Part shown: positions 45,101 to 54,750 of the stretch, piece after piece
Numbering within the stretch: the first letter of the stretch is position 1
Layout: every line of letters begins with the position of its first letter
Virus record (IMG/VR): IMGVR_UViG_3300014962_000008
Coordinates: 1-58,712 of that record
DNA: 58,712 nucleotides
Direction: 5' to 3' (one strand)
Source: a virus
Lineage: Duplodnaviria; Caudoviricetes
Made by a program: the position numbers and the translations under genes
Notes under the pieces: model-generated
The model's input: the letters and a program-made list of their open reading frames with translations, nothing else
What the model was told of the DNA's origin: nothing
Databases searched by the model: none

Positions 45101-45369
45101 ATGTTGCTGACAGTCGTGTCGAATGCAGCTTTTTCAGCCGAGGGCGGCTTGGGCTTACCGGCTTCGCGAGCTTCGATTTCGGCCTTAGTGGCCTTGGCTT
45201 CTGCTTCACGCTTTTCTGCGGGCAGAAGTTCGAGTGTCCGCTTAGTGCTGGCGCGAGATTGGCCAGACGATGCGCCGCTCTGCTCAATATCAGCACCGAC
45301 TTTACGCTCCTGCGGGGTTCGCCCGGAAGCCGCTTGTACGTCCGCTGCCCACCATTCGTTCTGTGCCAT
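42187..45369 (-). CDS. Large internal virion / DNA ejection protein
   Basis: 1060 aa, Ala/Gly-rich helical segments; last of a three-gene ejection-like block. Confidence 0.75.
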   Translation of the reverse strand: MAQNEWWAADVQAASGRTPQERKVGADIEQSGASSGQSRASTKRTLELLPAEKREAEAKATKAEIEAREAGKPKPPSAEKAAFDTTVSNMQAAINTINLLTRQFNQTLSGRGLIKSTLEYLPSQEKGAINATGAGLADVGLSVFKVPGAGAQSDKDAERFVAANQPSTTDFDYTYLGKLYNLRRRLDAKAKSMGFAPINWVEPNAKSARDYLALPEEERRNIGVREVGTFLDVPQELAPEGAPAEQPAALPSLSAPSGLTVMPEPGVDRSAPLPGRINEPEYKTVPEETGLGVSDLDRKNAAILQQALDEGADEQKLQDLAKALRMPPLDSAKLRPVIEYRDNYLRQGGRGPSGALIVPAETPITPEKMAEVRALNDPVNAFLAKTGNALLASQGPNITSIFDPAAAERQQRSMDIYSEASPGASFAGTFAGSIPTSIGLTGGLMKAGLAPTRAAFLADLGYGATTGAGESPDNPLLGAITGAGVSTLGSMAGRYALAPALEATGRGLSALSSKYGPKLAPKPTYGETTISGKLGPMDEIEQRLSEAARLELPMGLVDVSTPAQTLGRQTTRRSQDIAGEAEAALGERAANRIDRLKESITKFVGQPYDDLRTAQAEIERAADYAAAPLYEKALSRPAPVDEKIDALLDTTLGRKGLQQAYVYAESRGVDPKALGFDLDDQGIVKLVQKPSWETLHYIRKGLQREVDQYRDPVTLTLDTKNPAVDNAQNFLRRFDKRLDYLNPDYASAKSAWSQYIAPRDYLAQGVKALDPNTPPADVERTLARINAMPEGTPEQAALKARALESYQRGFATAQRTAVDNARSANTDPYGVLLGTKRQQQKLNLIAPNAADFAKSAELEGRMLATEQVVKPSIPAASRAEAEAGLTGANLLGAIGDTLLTGSPVLSAANLVRNAAAQPGVRGWLADTFGLGAPYRAGARAKELAPMLMNLEPEGALSTLQKAQQSVADYAQSAQAPRALGTYAGGLGAVNVMAEGDRPEEYYVAPQPLSQGVVLDMVYGSGSKLNPDGSVTTRMGETIPAEVVKQQIAEKAKAVTPYYGS

Positions 45370-45378
45370 GATGACCTC

Positions 45379-46179
45379 TTACTTGACTTTAGGGACGATT
45401 TGACCAGCTTGCGGGCCAGCAGGGACAACGTAAAACTCGCCAACAGGGATAGCATCATAATCCGCTTTAGTCACGGGGCGATGCACAAACTTAGGCACCT
45501 CGACTGGCTTGCCGGTCAAAGGATTGATCTGGTAGCTGGGAGCGCGAGCTTTTGCCGCGGCTGCCTCCGCTTGTGCTTCTTTAATTTTCGCTTCTTCTTC
45601 AGCCTTGGCGATGTTGTAGCGCATCTTGAGCGAGGTTTCGTAATCGTCGGACATGCCCTTGTCGTAGGCGTTCCTCAGTTCCATCTCCGCCAATGCACGC
45701 TTCCGCTGGGCGTCTTGTTGCGTCTTCGCAACGTCACCCAGCGCAGAGCTGACGTTCGCCACGGTGCCTGCAAAGCCGCGGTAGGGCTTCGGGCTGAGAA
45801 GAGCTTTGGACAGCGCAAAGAGTTGCTGCGACAGGTTAGGACCGCCGTATGCCTGCGCGATATACTCGCGCCCCTTGGCGAGGGCGGCCTCGCGTTCGCT
45901 TTGCCGCCTAGCAGGGTAGTCGAGTATTTCTTGCCGAACTCCCGCGAAGCCGCCAAGCGGGGACGGCGTTTGCGCGTTGTTGCCGGAAGCGACCGTGGAC
46001 AAGGGTCCAGCAGACGGCTGCCCAGAACTCGGGGGCAACTCAGCGCCGGGGAGAGAAAAGGTTCTCTCCGCTGCGTCCACTTCGTAACCGTTTTCTTGCG
46101 CCCACTGCATGGCCGCAGGAACGCTGCCCAATTTCTGCGCAACGGCGTTGAGTTCCTTAGTGCTGATGTATTTTGGCAT
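45379..46179 (-). CDS. Internal virion protein
   Basis: 266-aa helical protein in the ejection block. Confidence 0.7.
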   Translation of the reverse strand: MPKYISTKELNAVAQKLGSVPAAMQWAQENGYEVDAAERTFSLPGAELPPSSGQPSAGPLSTVASGNNAQTPSPLGGFAGVRQEILDYPARRQSEREAALAKGREYIAQAYGGPNLSQQLFALSKALLSPKPYRGFAGTVANVSSALGDVAKTQQDAQRKRALAEMELRNAYDKGMSDDYETSLKMRYNIAKAEEEAKIKEAQAEAAAAKARAPSYQINPLTGKPVEVPKFVHRPVTKADYDAIPVGEFYVVPAGPQAGQIVPKVK

Positions 46180-46193
46180 CTAGCGCTTCCTTA

Positions 46194-47756
46194 TCATATA
46201 CCAAGGAGTTTACCGAGGGCGTTGGTGCTATTGGCTTGCGCCAGAATACCAGCCGCACCGGACAGCGCGCCGCCGATGGTCTCCGCCGTACTCGGCTGGT
46301 ACGTGGCGGTGTTGCCCGTGGGCACGATGCCTTCTTCGGTCACGGCCTTGGGGACGCCGCCCACAACGCCTTGGAACGTAGCCAGCGCGTTGTTGATCTG
46401 TTCTTGGTTGTAACCCTGCTGACGGAGGAAGTCGCCGTATGCCACGTCGAGGTTCTTCTGCGCCTGACCCTGTTGGAGGCTGCCCATCTGCTGCAGCGCG
46501 CCCGCGCCCGTGAGGCCGAGGCTTTGGGCCTGCCCGCCCAACCCGGCGAGCTGTCCAGCAGCCGCAAGCTGGCGGCTGATGTCTGCGCCGCCGAGCGCAC
46601 CAATTTGCGAGCCGATGTCGGCCAGAGCGCTCTGCTGCGCCGTTGTAAGGTTGCCGCCGATCTGGCCAAGGGCGCCAAGCTGCTGGCCTGCCTGAGCGAG
46701 GGCCTGCTGCTGAGCGGTGCCGAGTTGACCGCGCTGCGCCCCAATGTTGGCCAAGGCCTGCTGTTGGGCCTGCGTAAGCTGGCCAAGCTGAGTGCCCATG
46801 CCCGCCTGCTGCTGCGCCGCCTCGAGCAGTGCCTGCTGCTGCGCTGTGCCAAGCTGGCCAGTCGTGGCGGCAAGCTGAGCCTGACGGGCGAGGTCGGCCT
46901 GAGCCGTGGCCTGCGCCTGCGTGTAGCCCTGCGAGAGGAGCTGTGCCTGCTGCGCGCGCACGTTCTCGTCAACATCGCGCAAGGCGCGTGCCGTGTCGGT
47001 CATCATGCCGGACGGCGTGCTGACGCCACCCCCGCGGGGGCCAAAGCCAAGCTGACCGGCGCGAACATAACGCCCCTCGATCTCGGGAAGCAGTTTTTCG
47101 CGCAGGGCGCGTGCGCCCATCTCACCTGCCCGATCAACCACCTGCGAGATGTAGGGGTTCATATACTGCGACACGTCAGTCGTAAGCTGACCGGCCTGCG
47201 AGAGCAGTGGCTGCGCAGCGCTGAGACCGCCAGCCGCAGTGCCTTGCGCCATGGTGCCAAGGGCCTGCTGGTAGGACGGCGCGGCGGCGGCCACGCTATT
47301 AAGTTTCTCGGCGGTGGAGAGCGTCGGCTCTGCGGCCTGCATGCCAAGGGCTTGCGTGCTCTGCTGCGCCAGTTGCTGGCCCTGCTGGAGGTAAGGCTGG
47401 GCGGCGCCCAGACCTGACATGCCTGCCGCCTGACTGAAATAGGGCTGCGCCGCGCCGAGGGCGTTCTGCCCCATGATGTTCTGCGTTGCCGTAGTCGCCG
47501 TGCCAAGGGCGGGCTGATAGGCCGTTGCGGCGGCGGGCACTGCGCCGAAGGCTTGCTGCTGCAGGGGCGAGAACTCGGCAACGCGCGGGCCCTGATACGC
47601 CGTGTAAGGCGTAGCCATCTGCGCCTGCTGGTTCGACAGCAATTGCATGGCGTAGTTGGTGTACCAGTCAGGCAGCACCGTCTGGCTGGTCAGCGACTTA
47701 TACGCCATCTGCGCCGGGATCTGCCCATCGGCCAAGAAGGAGGAAATATCAGCCAT
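46194..47756 (-). CDS. Gln/Ala/Gly-rich DNA ejection (pilot-like) protein
   Basis: TVLPDWY, YQGPRVAEFSPLQQQA, YMNPY motifs; QLG-TAQQQ repeats. Confidence 0.75.
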   Translation of the reverse strand: MADISSFLADGQIPAQMAYKSLTSQTVLPDWYTNYAMQLLSNQQAQMATPYTAYQGPRVAEFSPLQQQAFGAVPAAATAYQPALGTATTATQNIMGQNALGAAQPYFSQAAGMSGLGAAQPYLQQGQQLAQQSTQALGMQAAEPTLSTAEKLNSVAAAAPSYQQALGTMAQGTAAGGLSAAQPLLSQAGQLTTDVSQYMNPYISQVVDRAGEMGARALREKLLPEIEGRYVRAGQLGFGPRGGGVSTPSGMMTDTARALRDVDENVRAQQAQLLSQGYTQAQATAQADLARQAQLAATTGQLGTAQQQALLEAAQQQAGMGTQLGQLTQAQQQALANIGAQRGQLGTAQQQALAQAGQQLGALGQIGGNLTTAQQSALADIGSQIGALGGADISRQLAAAGQLAGLGGQAQSLGLTGAGALQQMGSLQQGQAQKNLDVAYGDFLRQQGYNQEQINNALATFQGVVGGVPKAVTEEGIVPTGNTATYQPSTAETIGGALSGAAGILAQANSTNALGKLLGI

Positions 47757-50440
47757 TACTTACGACCTTTCAGGTACTGCTCGGGCTTTTTTGCGTTGGC
47801 GCTAAACTCGCCCTTGGCCATGTGCCGCCCCTTGTGCTTACGCACGTTAACACGAAACTGGTCAAGAGCCTCGGCCCCTGCCTTGCTTGATCCGTTGCCA
47901 AGCATGGCAACCGTTTCCGCATCTATAACATATTCTCCGTCCGACAACATGGCGGGGATTTTGTCGTCCCGCCCGTCACCCGGGCCGCCGACTGCGTAGC
48001 CCTGCGTGGACTGCCCCAGACCGCCCCCAGCCATGCCGCCTTCGGCATACTTGGGTGACGCATCGACAACGCGCTGCAGGTCCGCGAGGCGGCTGTTGTA
48101 GTCGGCGAGGAGGGTGTTCCTGACTTCCGGATTGGTGGTCTCGGCGATGTGGCCACGCAGGTATTCAAGGTAGTCAAGCTTGGCCTGCAGGTCGCGCCCG
48201 GCGTACTGCGGGTCGCCCGTGATGAACGAGGGGGTAGCATTCGCGCCGAACATGTTGGCATACTCGGTGCGGTACTGATCCATGTAGGGCTTGAACTCGG
48301 AAAACGGTTCCGGATTGCGCGTGTTGGCGAGGTACGACCCAGCCGCCACGCGGCGCAGCATGTCCGCCGGAACGCCGTATTCCGTCATGTACTTCTGGTT
48401 CATCGCGTCCAGCGCGCCTACGCGGTTCTGGAGTTCTGCCAGTAGCGCCGGGTCAATCGCCTGCGCCTCGGGCAGCGTACCAGCCTGCGTCATGGCGGCG
48501 ATTTCAGCCTGCCGCCTAGCCCAAGCGTTTGCTGCCTGCTTGTCAAAGGCTTCCAACTCAGCGGCGGAGAAGCCGCTGCTGGGGCTGATGTCTGCGGCGG
48601 TAGAGGCTGGCGCGTTCGATGTACCCAAGGACGCGGCGGCGCCAAGGCCGGACATTCCGGCGCCAGAAACTGTCGGAGTGGAAGCAACTGGGGTGGATGC
48701 TGCCGGAGCGGTAACATTCTGCAGCGCGCCAGTAGTGCGACCGGCACCCTCGCCGTAGCCCGTGTAGGCGTTGCTGAGGTTCGCCGCGCCTTGCGGCACG
48801 TTGCTGAAGAAGCTTTGCTCGGGGCCGTAGCCGTAGCGATACCAATCCGTCCCCGCCATTGAGCGGGGCGCAGCCTGCTGCAGGTTCGACGTGGGAAGCT
48901 GGGCGCTGAAGATCGGGTTTAGCGGGCCGCGCATACCAGCAAGGCCGCTCAGCCCGCTGCTGCTTCCCTTGCCGCCCAGACCGCCGAGGGTGCTGGCTGC
49001 CAAGCCAGCGAGGCGGAGATAGTCGGACGTGGTAAGACCTTTCTTCGTGTCGGTCGTTGTGGGTTGCGTTACGCCCGTGTTTACCAATGTTGGGGCTACT
49101 CCCCCAACCACAGACGCAAGCGTCTCGTTGAACGAGGGCGGCTTGTATTTGTTGCTGACAACGATTTCGTTCGGGTTGGTGGTAGCGGGGGCGGGTGCCG
49201 TAGGCACTACGGGGACCGAGATGCCCGCGTTTACCGGCTTATTTTTACCACTTGAGACCTCGACAAGATTCTCATTGGGGTAGTACGTTCCGGCTCCCGG
49301 AACCGTTCCCGCTATGCCTCCGGCAAGGCCCCCTGCAGCCGATGCCGGATTGGAAATCGGGGCGCCGTACACTGTGGTGGGGGCGCCGAACGTCTCGTCA
49401 AATTGCTCTTCAAGGGAGGGCCCTTGGTTGTATATCTGATCGCCGTAGTTGACACCGCTTAGCGCACCTGAAGCCGCGCCGAGGGCACCGCTCAAGAAGC
49501 TAGTCGGGATATTGCTGACGCCTTTGCTACCGATAACCTGAATAAGATTACCGCCAGCAGTAGGAGCGCCTGCAGCGCCGCCGAAACCGCCAGCAGCGCC
49601 GCCAACGTTGCTAAGTGATCCAGATGCGATTTGGTTAGCAAGAGTAGGGTTGACACCCAAACCGGAAAGCAAGTCGGCAGTGTCAATAGCCCGCGCTTCA
49701 AGATCTCCAACGTTAGGAGTTTTGCCGCCACCCAAAAGGCCCGTCATTGCTGCGCTAGACAGGCCAGCCATCGCGCCGGATTTAAGGGCATCAGCAAGAC
49801 TTGCGCCTGTAGCCAGATTAGCGGCGGCGTTTACACCCCCCGCAGCAAGGCCCGCACCAAGCGGCGTTGCTGCCGCCCCAACAGCGCCCGGAGCGACAGT
49901 GCCCGCACCTTGGATGTAGGGGCCGAGGAGGCCACCGCCCATCGCGGTTGCACCTGCGATCAGCACGTTCTTCAGGGTGTCGTCTTTCGGTGACCGCCCA
50001 AAAAGCTGCGCACCGGGCGTCACATCACCTTGGTACAATTTCCAGCCGCCGGGAGCTTGCTTATCTGCCGCAGAAATCAGGGACTGCATTTCTTCGGGGG
50101 TAGCTGCCGAGCCGATTACATTGTTTTTATAGTCGGTCAGAGCGTACGTCTGTCCCGGCTGGAACACCACAGGAGCCGCATTCCTGTAAGTAAAACCGCC
50201 TTGTTCGTCCGGCACGCCTATTTTGGCTCCGGTGTCGAAGCGGTAAACCATGTTGGGGTCGTACGCCGCGCCCGGGTCCGAAAGAAGGTTCAGGTCTCTG
50301 GTGTTAACCATGCCGATGTTCCAGTCGCCTAGGTCGAGTGGAGCATACTCAGTAACCGCCTGCACCGGCTGTTCAGTCGGCAAGCGCTGGACGCCCGATG
50401 TCAGGTCGTTTGTGAAACCGGGAATGTAGTATTCGTCCAT
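47756..50440 (-). CDS. Gly/Ala-rich internal virion protein with C-terminal GPGDGRDD-IPAMLSDGEYV domain
   Basis: Likely ATG 50440; the C-terminal motif is also known from tape-measure-type proteins. Confidence 0.75.
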   Translation of the reverse strand: MDEYYIPGFTNDLTSGVQRLPTEQPVQAVTEYAPLDLGDWNIGMVNTRDLNLLSDPGAAYDPNMVYRFDTGAKIGVPDEQGGFTYRNAAPVVFQPGQTYALTDYKNNVIGSAATPEEMQSLISAADKQAPGGWKLYQGDVTPGAQLFGRSPKDDTLKNVLIAGATAMGGGLLGPYIQGAGTVAPGAVGAAATPLGAGLAAGGVNAAANLATGASLADALKSGAMAGLSSAAMTGLLGGGKTPNVGDLEARAIDTADLLSGLGVNPTLANQIASGSLSNVGGAAGGFGGAAGAPTAGGNLIQVIGSKGVSNIPTSFLSGALGAASGALSGVNYGDQIYNQGPSLEEQFDETFGAPTTVYGAPISNPASAAGGLAGGIAGTVPGAGTYYPNENLVEVSSGKNKPVNAGISVPVVPTAPAPATTNPNEIVVSNKYKPPSFNETLASVVGGVAPTLVNTGVTQPTTTDTKKGLTTSDYLRLAGLAASTLGGLGGKGSSSGLSGLAGMRGPLNPIFSAQLPTSNLQQAAPRSMAGTDWYRYGYGPEQSFFSNVPQGAANLSNAYTGYGEGAGRTTGALQNVTAPAASTPVASTPTVSGAGMSGLGAAASLGTSNAPASTAADISPSSGFSAAELEAFDKQAANAWARRQAEIAAMTQAGTLPEAQAIDPALLAELQNRVGALDAMNQKYMTEYGVPADMLRRVAAGSYLANTRNPEPFSEFKPYMDQYRTEYANMFGANATPSFITGDPQYAGRDLQAKLDYLEYLRGHIAETTNPEVRNTLLADYNSRLADLQRVVDASPKYAEGGMAGGGLGQSTQGYAVGGPGDGRDDKIPAMLSDGEYVIDAETVAMLGNGSSKAGAEALDQFRVNVRKHKGRHMAKGEFSANAKKPEQYLKGRK

Positions 50441-50673
50441 CAGCCTACGCCTTCGAGCATCGGATACGCACGTATAGCCCAATCGCGCCAGTTTGAAAAC
50501 TGGTACGGATCAGGTACAACCTGCTTTGCAAAAGAGGGCGACCGGAGGAAGCCCACCGCGAAACCTTGCCACTTAGCCTCCTCGGGAGGCTTGCCAAACG
50601 ACCAAGCGTCGCCAACGGCCAGAATAACCGAAGAGGCCCAGTCTTGCCAAGTCATGCCGATCGGGTTGATCAT
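50440..50673 (-). CDS. Small Trp-rich tail-module protein
   Basis: PIGMTWQDWA...PDPYQFSNWRDWA; coupled on both sides. Confidence 0.75.
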   Translation of the reverse strand: MINPIGMTWQDWASSVILAVGDAWSFGKPPEEAKWQGFAVGFLRSPSFAKQVVPDPYQFSNWRDWAIRAYPMLEGVG

Positions 50674-52301
50674 CCGCCCAACACGGTTGCGTCACCCGGC
50701 TGCAAGTGCGCCAGTATGAGGCCCATCTGATAGTCGCCGCCGATGCAATTGCTCTCAAAGCGGAAGCGCAATTCGCGGCGCTGTTCCTTGAAGAACACGA
50801 CCTGCTCCTGCGGCGTCTGAGGCTCTTCGACAATTGTCTTGACTTCTCCGGCGATTTCCTGAGCGCGGGCGTTGGCGCGGCCCATGGCCTGAACCGTAAG
50901 CGGCCCTGACTGGACGAAGTCGGGCTCCATCATCAGAACCTGCAGGGCGTTATTTTGCTGCGCCTGCACAGGAAGCGACAAGTCAGCCGTCTCGAAGTAG
51001 GACTGGATCGGATTAAGGGTCAGGCCGTCAATCTCATCCGTGCCGATTTCATGCACCCAGAACTTGTAGCGAATGGCGTTGCTGTCCTCGGTCACGCGAA
51101 CGTCCACGCCGTTTTCGTCTACGCGGGTGTATGCGCTGTCTTCGGTGATGCGGTCATCTTCAGGAAGAAGGTAAGGCTCGCAGCCAGCCATGAGGGGTCG
51201 GCGGAAGACTGCCGGGAACAGGCCCGCGCTGCGCCCACCGTTAGGCAGGGCGGTGTCGTACCACGTATCTTCACGAGTGTTGTAGATAACTGCGTGGTTC
51301 GGCTCAAGGCTGTCGCCCTTCGGGAAGCACCACCAGATTTCGCCGAAGCGCGGCACCTTGAAGGCGAACACTTTCTGCCGCTGCGCGTAATTCAGATTGT
51401 CAAAGAAAAAGTTCAGGTTGAGGTTGTTCGGCACCTCTCGCACGACACCATTGAACATCAGGAAGCGGTCTGTGCCGACCCAGTAGAACACGCCGTCGTA
51501 CTCGATAACGCTCTGGGCCGACAGTATAGATGTCTGCGCCGAGATCGTGTCAAAGGCGAAGGCTGTCGTCGTTGGGTCGCCCGTGTACGTCATGCGGATC
51601 AGGCTGTCCGCCGACCAGAGGAGGCCTGACGGGCTGCTGCCCGGGCCGCCGCGCAGGGGCATACCGCGCACGATCTTCTGCCCGGTGACATAGGCAAAGC
51701 CAGCGCCGCTGCCCGTGTAGTCCGTTGGATCTCCCGGCACCGACCACATGACGAAGCCGTCACTGCCGAAGGCCACAGTGTATGGGTGCAGCGAGACGAC
51801 ACCCCCCGTGACGCTGTAGCCGGACGGGAAGTTGGTGATTTCGGTGAGCGGCGCGGTGCCGAATGCGTCGCCGTAGAAGAGCTGCCCGTCATTGCTGTTG
51901 CAGATGCAGTTGAGGTTTGGGGCTACCTGCGCAACGAGTTGGAGGCCGCTGCCCGTAGATGTCTCAACGTCAAACTGCCACAGATTGGCGTCGCTCTGGA
52001 TCAGCGTGTTAGGCGTGCGGTCGGTGATGACACTCGTGTTCAGGTTGCCGTCAATATAGAAGCGCTCAAGGGCATTGGCCGACCCGGCGTGGACATAAGT
52101 AAGCTGGTCAAGCGTGTACTCATGCAGGGTGCGAGCTACGCCCAGCAAGTACTTGTTGATCGAGCGATACCCGCCGATTTTACGCGGCAGACCGCGCTGA
52201 AAGCGCACCCACTGCCCGTCAACGTAGGCGTCGCCTTCAAACTTGGTTCCGTCCCGCTTGATGCCGGGCGCGGAACGGATTTGGACGATGTTCTCGGCCA
52301 T
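50670..52301 (-). CDS. Tail hub / DNA stabilisation protein (P22 gp10-like position)
   Basis: PGIKRDGT..DGQWVRFQRGLPRKIGGY; FGEIWW..P; beta-rich 543 aa. Confidence 0.8.
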   Translation of the reverse strand: MAENIVQIRSAPGIKRDGTKFEGDAYVDGQWVRFQRGLPRKIGGYRSINKYLLGVARTLHEYTLDQLTYVHAGSANALERFYIDGNLNTSVITDRTPNTLIQSDANLWQFDVETSTGSGLQLVAQVAPNLNCICNSNDGQLFYGDAFGTAPLTEITNFPSGYSVTGGVVSLHPYTVAFGSDGFVMWSVPGDPTDYTGSGAGFAYVTGQKIVRGMPLRGGPGSSPSGLLWSADSLIRMTYTGDPTTTAFAFDTISAQTSILSAQSVIEYDGVFYWVGTDRFLMFNGVVREVPNNLNLNFFFDNLNYAQRQKVFAFKVPRFGEIWWCFPKGDSLEPNHAVIYNTREDTWYDTALPNGGRSAGLFPAVFRRPLMAGCEPYLLPEDDRITEDSAYTRVDENGVDVRVTEDSNAIRYKFWVHEIGTDEIDGLTLNPIQSYFETADLSLPVQAQQNNALQVLMMEPDFVQSGPLTVQAMGRANARAQEIAGEVKTIVEEPQTPQEQVVFFKEQRRELRFRFESNCIGGDYQMGLILAHLQPGDATVLGG

Positions 52302-53581
52302 TAGAAGGTTCCGCCATTGACGCCATTTGCTGTTCCGGTGCCGCCGTTAGCACTCGGTAATATGCCAGACACGTGAGTAGTCAGGGCCACCTTGCCCCAC
52401 GCCGGGGCAACACCTACGCCGCCCGAGAGGAGGGCGTTGCCCACGGCCACGTCACTTAACTTGGCTAGTGTGGTCGTGCTGTTCGCGTAGAGCAGATCGC
52501 CGATCGCGTAGCTAGTGATGCCAGTGCCGCCATCGCCAACCCCCAGAGGCAGCGAGATAGCCGCCGTATCTGCGTCGATTACGTTGGTTCCGTTGCAGTA
52601 ATAGATGCCGCGAGAACCCTGTGGGACGAGGACCGGAGTGCCGCTGGCAGTACGTATATACAGGCTGTATGCACCGCTCGTGGCGTTATCGACCCAGTAC
52701 TGCTGCACCGTTGTGGGGACAATGATGTACTGATCCGAAGTCAGCGTGCCAACGAACTTGTAGGCAATTCGGTTCAGTTCCGAACCGGCCAGCGTGTAGT
52801 TCCCGCCGGTGACCGTGATCGACGTGAAGTCAAAGGCGAAGACCGCCTCCTGCCCGAGGCCTAGCGTGAACCACTCAAGGCCGTCGGTGATCAGGCTAGT
52901 GCTTTCGCCGGGGCGGAGGATAAGCGTGGCCGTGTCATCGACCGTCTGGCTGCCCGCCGGGTCGATAGTCAGGTCGCCGCCGCCGCTGTTGCGGACGGAG
53001 ACAAAGAAGTTATTCCCAACGGTGACCGTGCTGGGCAGATTGACCGTGCCCGTTCCGGTGCCCGTCCAGACCAGCACTTGAGCGCGATCGGTGTCTAGCA
53101 CCGTGCGCGGGCTGGTGTTGAAGGTTACAACCGGCGTGGACTGCGACAGCGTGTTAGACGTGACAGTCAGGCCGTAACCGGCCAGCGCCGACGCCTGCAC
53201 GGTGGCCGTCGAGGCACCGTAGCGGAAGACGCGCCACGTGCCCGCGGCTGTCGTGGTGGCGGCGAGGTACAACTGCCACTGCTCGCCCACGCCAACGGTG
53301 GCGATAGTGTTACCCGCAAAGTCCTTGATCGTGAAGGCGCTGGAGCTTGCAACGAGGTTGTTGAACAGGATCGTCTGCCCAGCGCCCGTCTGCGTGGCGT
53401 CCGGCATGATAACCGAGAAGGCGCCCGTGGCCGTTACGTCAATGATGCGCGCGGCGGGAGGCGTGTCCCCGGAGTTCTCCAGCGGCCACTCAAGGGGCGT
53501 GTCAACATCCAGCGTCAGCGACAGATACGACACGTCCGAAGGGTAGATAGTGCCCCCGCCGAATACGTTGGTGTAGCTCAT
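52301..53581 (-). CDS. Tail fibre/spike-like structural protein
   Basis: Beta-rich; C-terminal module shared with the fibre genes at 2400-6337. Confidence 0.75.
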   Translation of the reverse strand: MSYTNVFGGGTIYPSDVSYLSLTLDVDTPLEWPLENSGDTPPAARIIDVTATGAFSVIMPDATQTGAGQTILFNNLVASSSAFTIKDFAGNTIATVGVGEQWQLYLAATTTAAGTWRVFRYGASTATVQASALAGYGLTVTSNTLSQSTPVVTFNTSPRTVLDTDRAQVLVWTGTGTGTVNLPSTVTVGNNFFVSVRNSGGGDLTIDPAGSQTVDDTATLILRPGESTSLITDGLEWFTLGLGQEAVFAFDFTSITVTGGNYTLAGSELNRIAYKFVGTLTSDQYIIVPTTVQQYWVDNATSGAYSLYIRTASGTPVLVPQGSRGIYYCNGTNVIDADTAAISLPLGVGDGGTGITSYAIGDLLYANSTTTLAKLSDVAVGNALLSGGVGVAPAWGKVALTTHVSGILPSANGGTGTANGVNGGTF

Positions 53582-54231
53582 GCTTCTTTCCTTACAGCGG
53601 AGCGATCAAGGATTTTTGCCAAGTCCTCGCCGTTGAGCATCGCAGCGGCGCGGTCGTAATACTGCTGCCACGTGCCGATGCGCTCGTCATTCTTGAGGAA
53701 GGGCGTGGCCTCCAGCAGCGTGCCGTACAGCAAGAGCTGAGGCGCGTACTCGGTCAGCCAGTTGGTCTGGACGCTGTCATCAAGCAGCGGAGGCAGCTCG
53801 TAATACAGCACCTCAAATGGATACGCCTCGTCCGGCGTCGGCGCGAACAGCCAGTTGTCGTAGTTGTAATCGGCGTAAAACAGCGGCGTATCGGTTTCGC
53901 TCTCATTCGGCCAATACGAGCGGCAGTACTCGTAATCGCGGGTGTAGAGCGTTGTGCGGTTAGCGTTTCCGGCACCCGTGCCAATGTTGATCGAGACGGT
54001 GTCGCGCCAGCGATCAGGCTTGGCGTACACGGACTGACCCGGCACCATGGTGTCGGTCACTACGGCGATGAAGCCCTGAACCTTCAGTTCGCGGGCAATG
54101 CGCCGCTCCGCCAGATTGATCAGGCGCGGGATCTGCTCATAGACGATGGGGTCAGCCGCAAGCGTCGCGCCGCGCTCAAGGTAGCGCTGCACGTCCTGCT
54201 TTAGCGTCTCGAATGTCATCGTCGTGGCCAT
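53578..54231 (-). CDS. Head-tail adaptor protein
   Basis: INLAERRI, FAPTPDEAY, TNWLTEYAPQLLLYGTLLEA. Confidence 0.8.
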   Translation of the reverse strand: MATTMTFETLKQDVQRYLERGATLAADPIVYEQIPRLINLAERRIARELKVQGFIAVVTDTMVPGQSVYAKPDRWRDTVSINIGTGAGNANRTTLYTRDYEYCRSYWPNESETDTPLFYADYNYDNWLFAPTPDEAYPFEVLYYELPPLLDDSVQTNWLTEYAPQLLLYGTLLEATPFLKNDERIGTWQQYYDRAAAMLNGEDLAKILDRSAVRKEA

Positions 54232-54245
54232 ATGGAACCTCTATA

Positions 54246-54506
54246 TCACTTTTCAGCCGCCTGCACAGCACCCCGCCACGCATCAAGCGTAGCGCGGTGT
54301 TTTGCAGCGCACAGCCCGTAGGCATACACTATATCAGCCTCCCACTGGACCCGCGCCGGGTCAATCAGCGGTTCTGGCACCCCCGGAAGCGGCGCGCACG
54401 GCTGTGCGAGGTTCGCCGGAGGCAGCGGCATTGGCGTTGACACGCGCGTCGTCGAGCAGCCGGACACCAGCATCAGGAACGGCGCAATCAGCAGGTACTT
54501 CGACAT
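54246..54506 (-). CDS. Outer-membrane spanin (Rz1-like lipoprotein)
   Basis: MSKYLLIAPFLMLVSG-C lipobox, Pro-rich; overlaps the i-spanin in another frame. Confidence 0.8.
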   Translation of the reverse strand: MSKYLLIAPFLMLVSGCSTTRVSTPMPLPPANLAQPCAPLPGVPEPLIDPARVQWEADIVYAYGLCAAKHRATLDAWRGAVQAAEK

Positions 54507-54750
54507 TGCGGTACACCTCACGAATGGTGTTTCTGGTTTTGACTTCGAGCGGCTGCATGCCAGCCGCAAGGTTTTCAAAGAGGGCAGATGACTTGCTGAC
54601 GGCAGCCACGGCAGCGTCTTGCGCCTTGGCAGCGGCCTCAACGGCCTTGAGAGCGTCCGCGTCGGCCTTCCAATCGCGGATACCCCAGCCCGTGATCACT
54701 CCGACTAGCAGCGCGCCCCCGGCGGCGTAGAACATCAACGGATTAAGCAT
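54361..54750 (-). CDS. Inner-membrane spanin (Rz-like)
   Basis: N-terminal TM helix, Ala-rich coiled coil, C-terminal Cys. Confidence 0.8.
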   Translation of the reverse strand: MLNPLMFYAAGGALLVGVITGWGIRDWKADADALKAVEAAAKAQDAAVAAVSKSSALFENLAAGMQPLEVKTRNTIREVYRNVEVPADCAVPDAGVRLLDDARVNANAAASGEPRTAVRAASGGARTAD

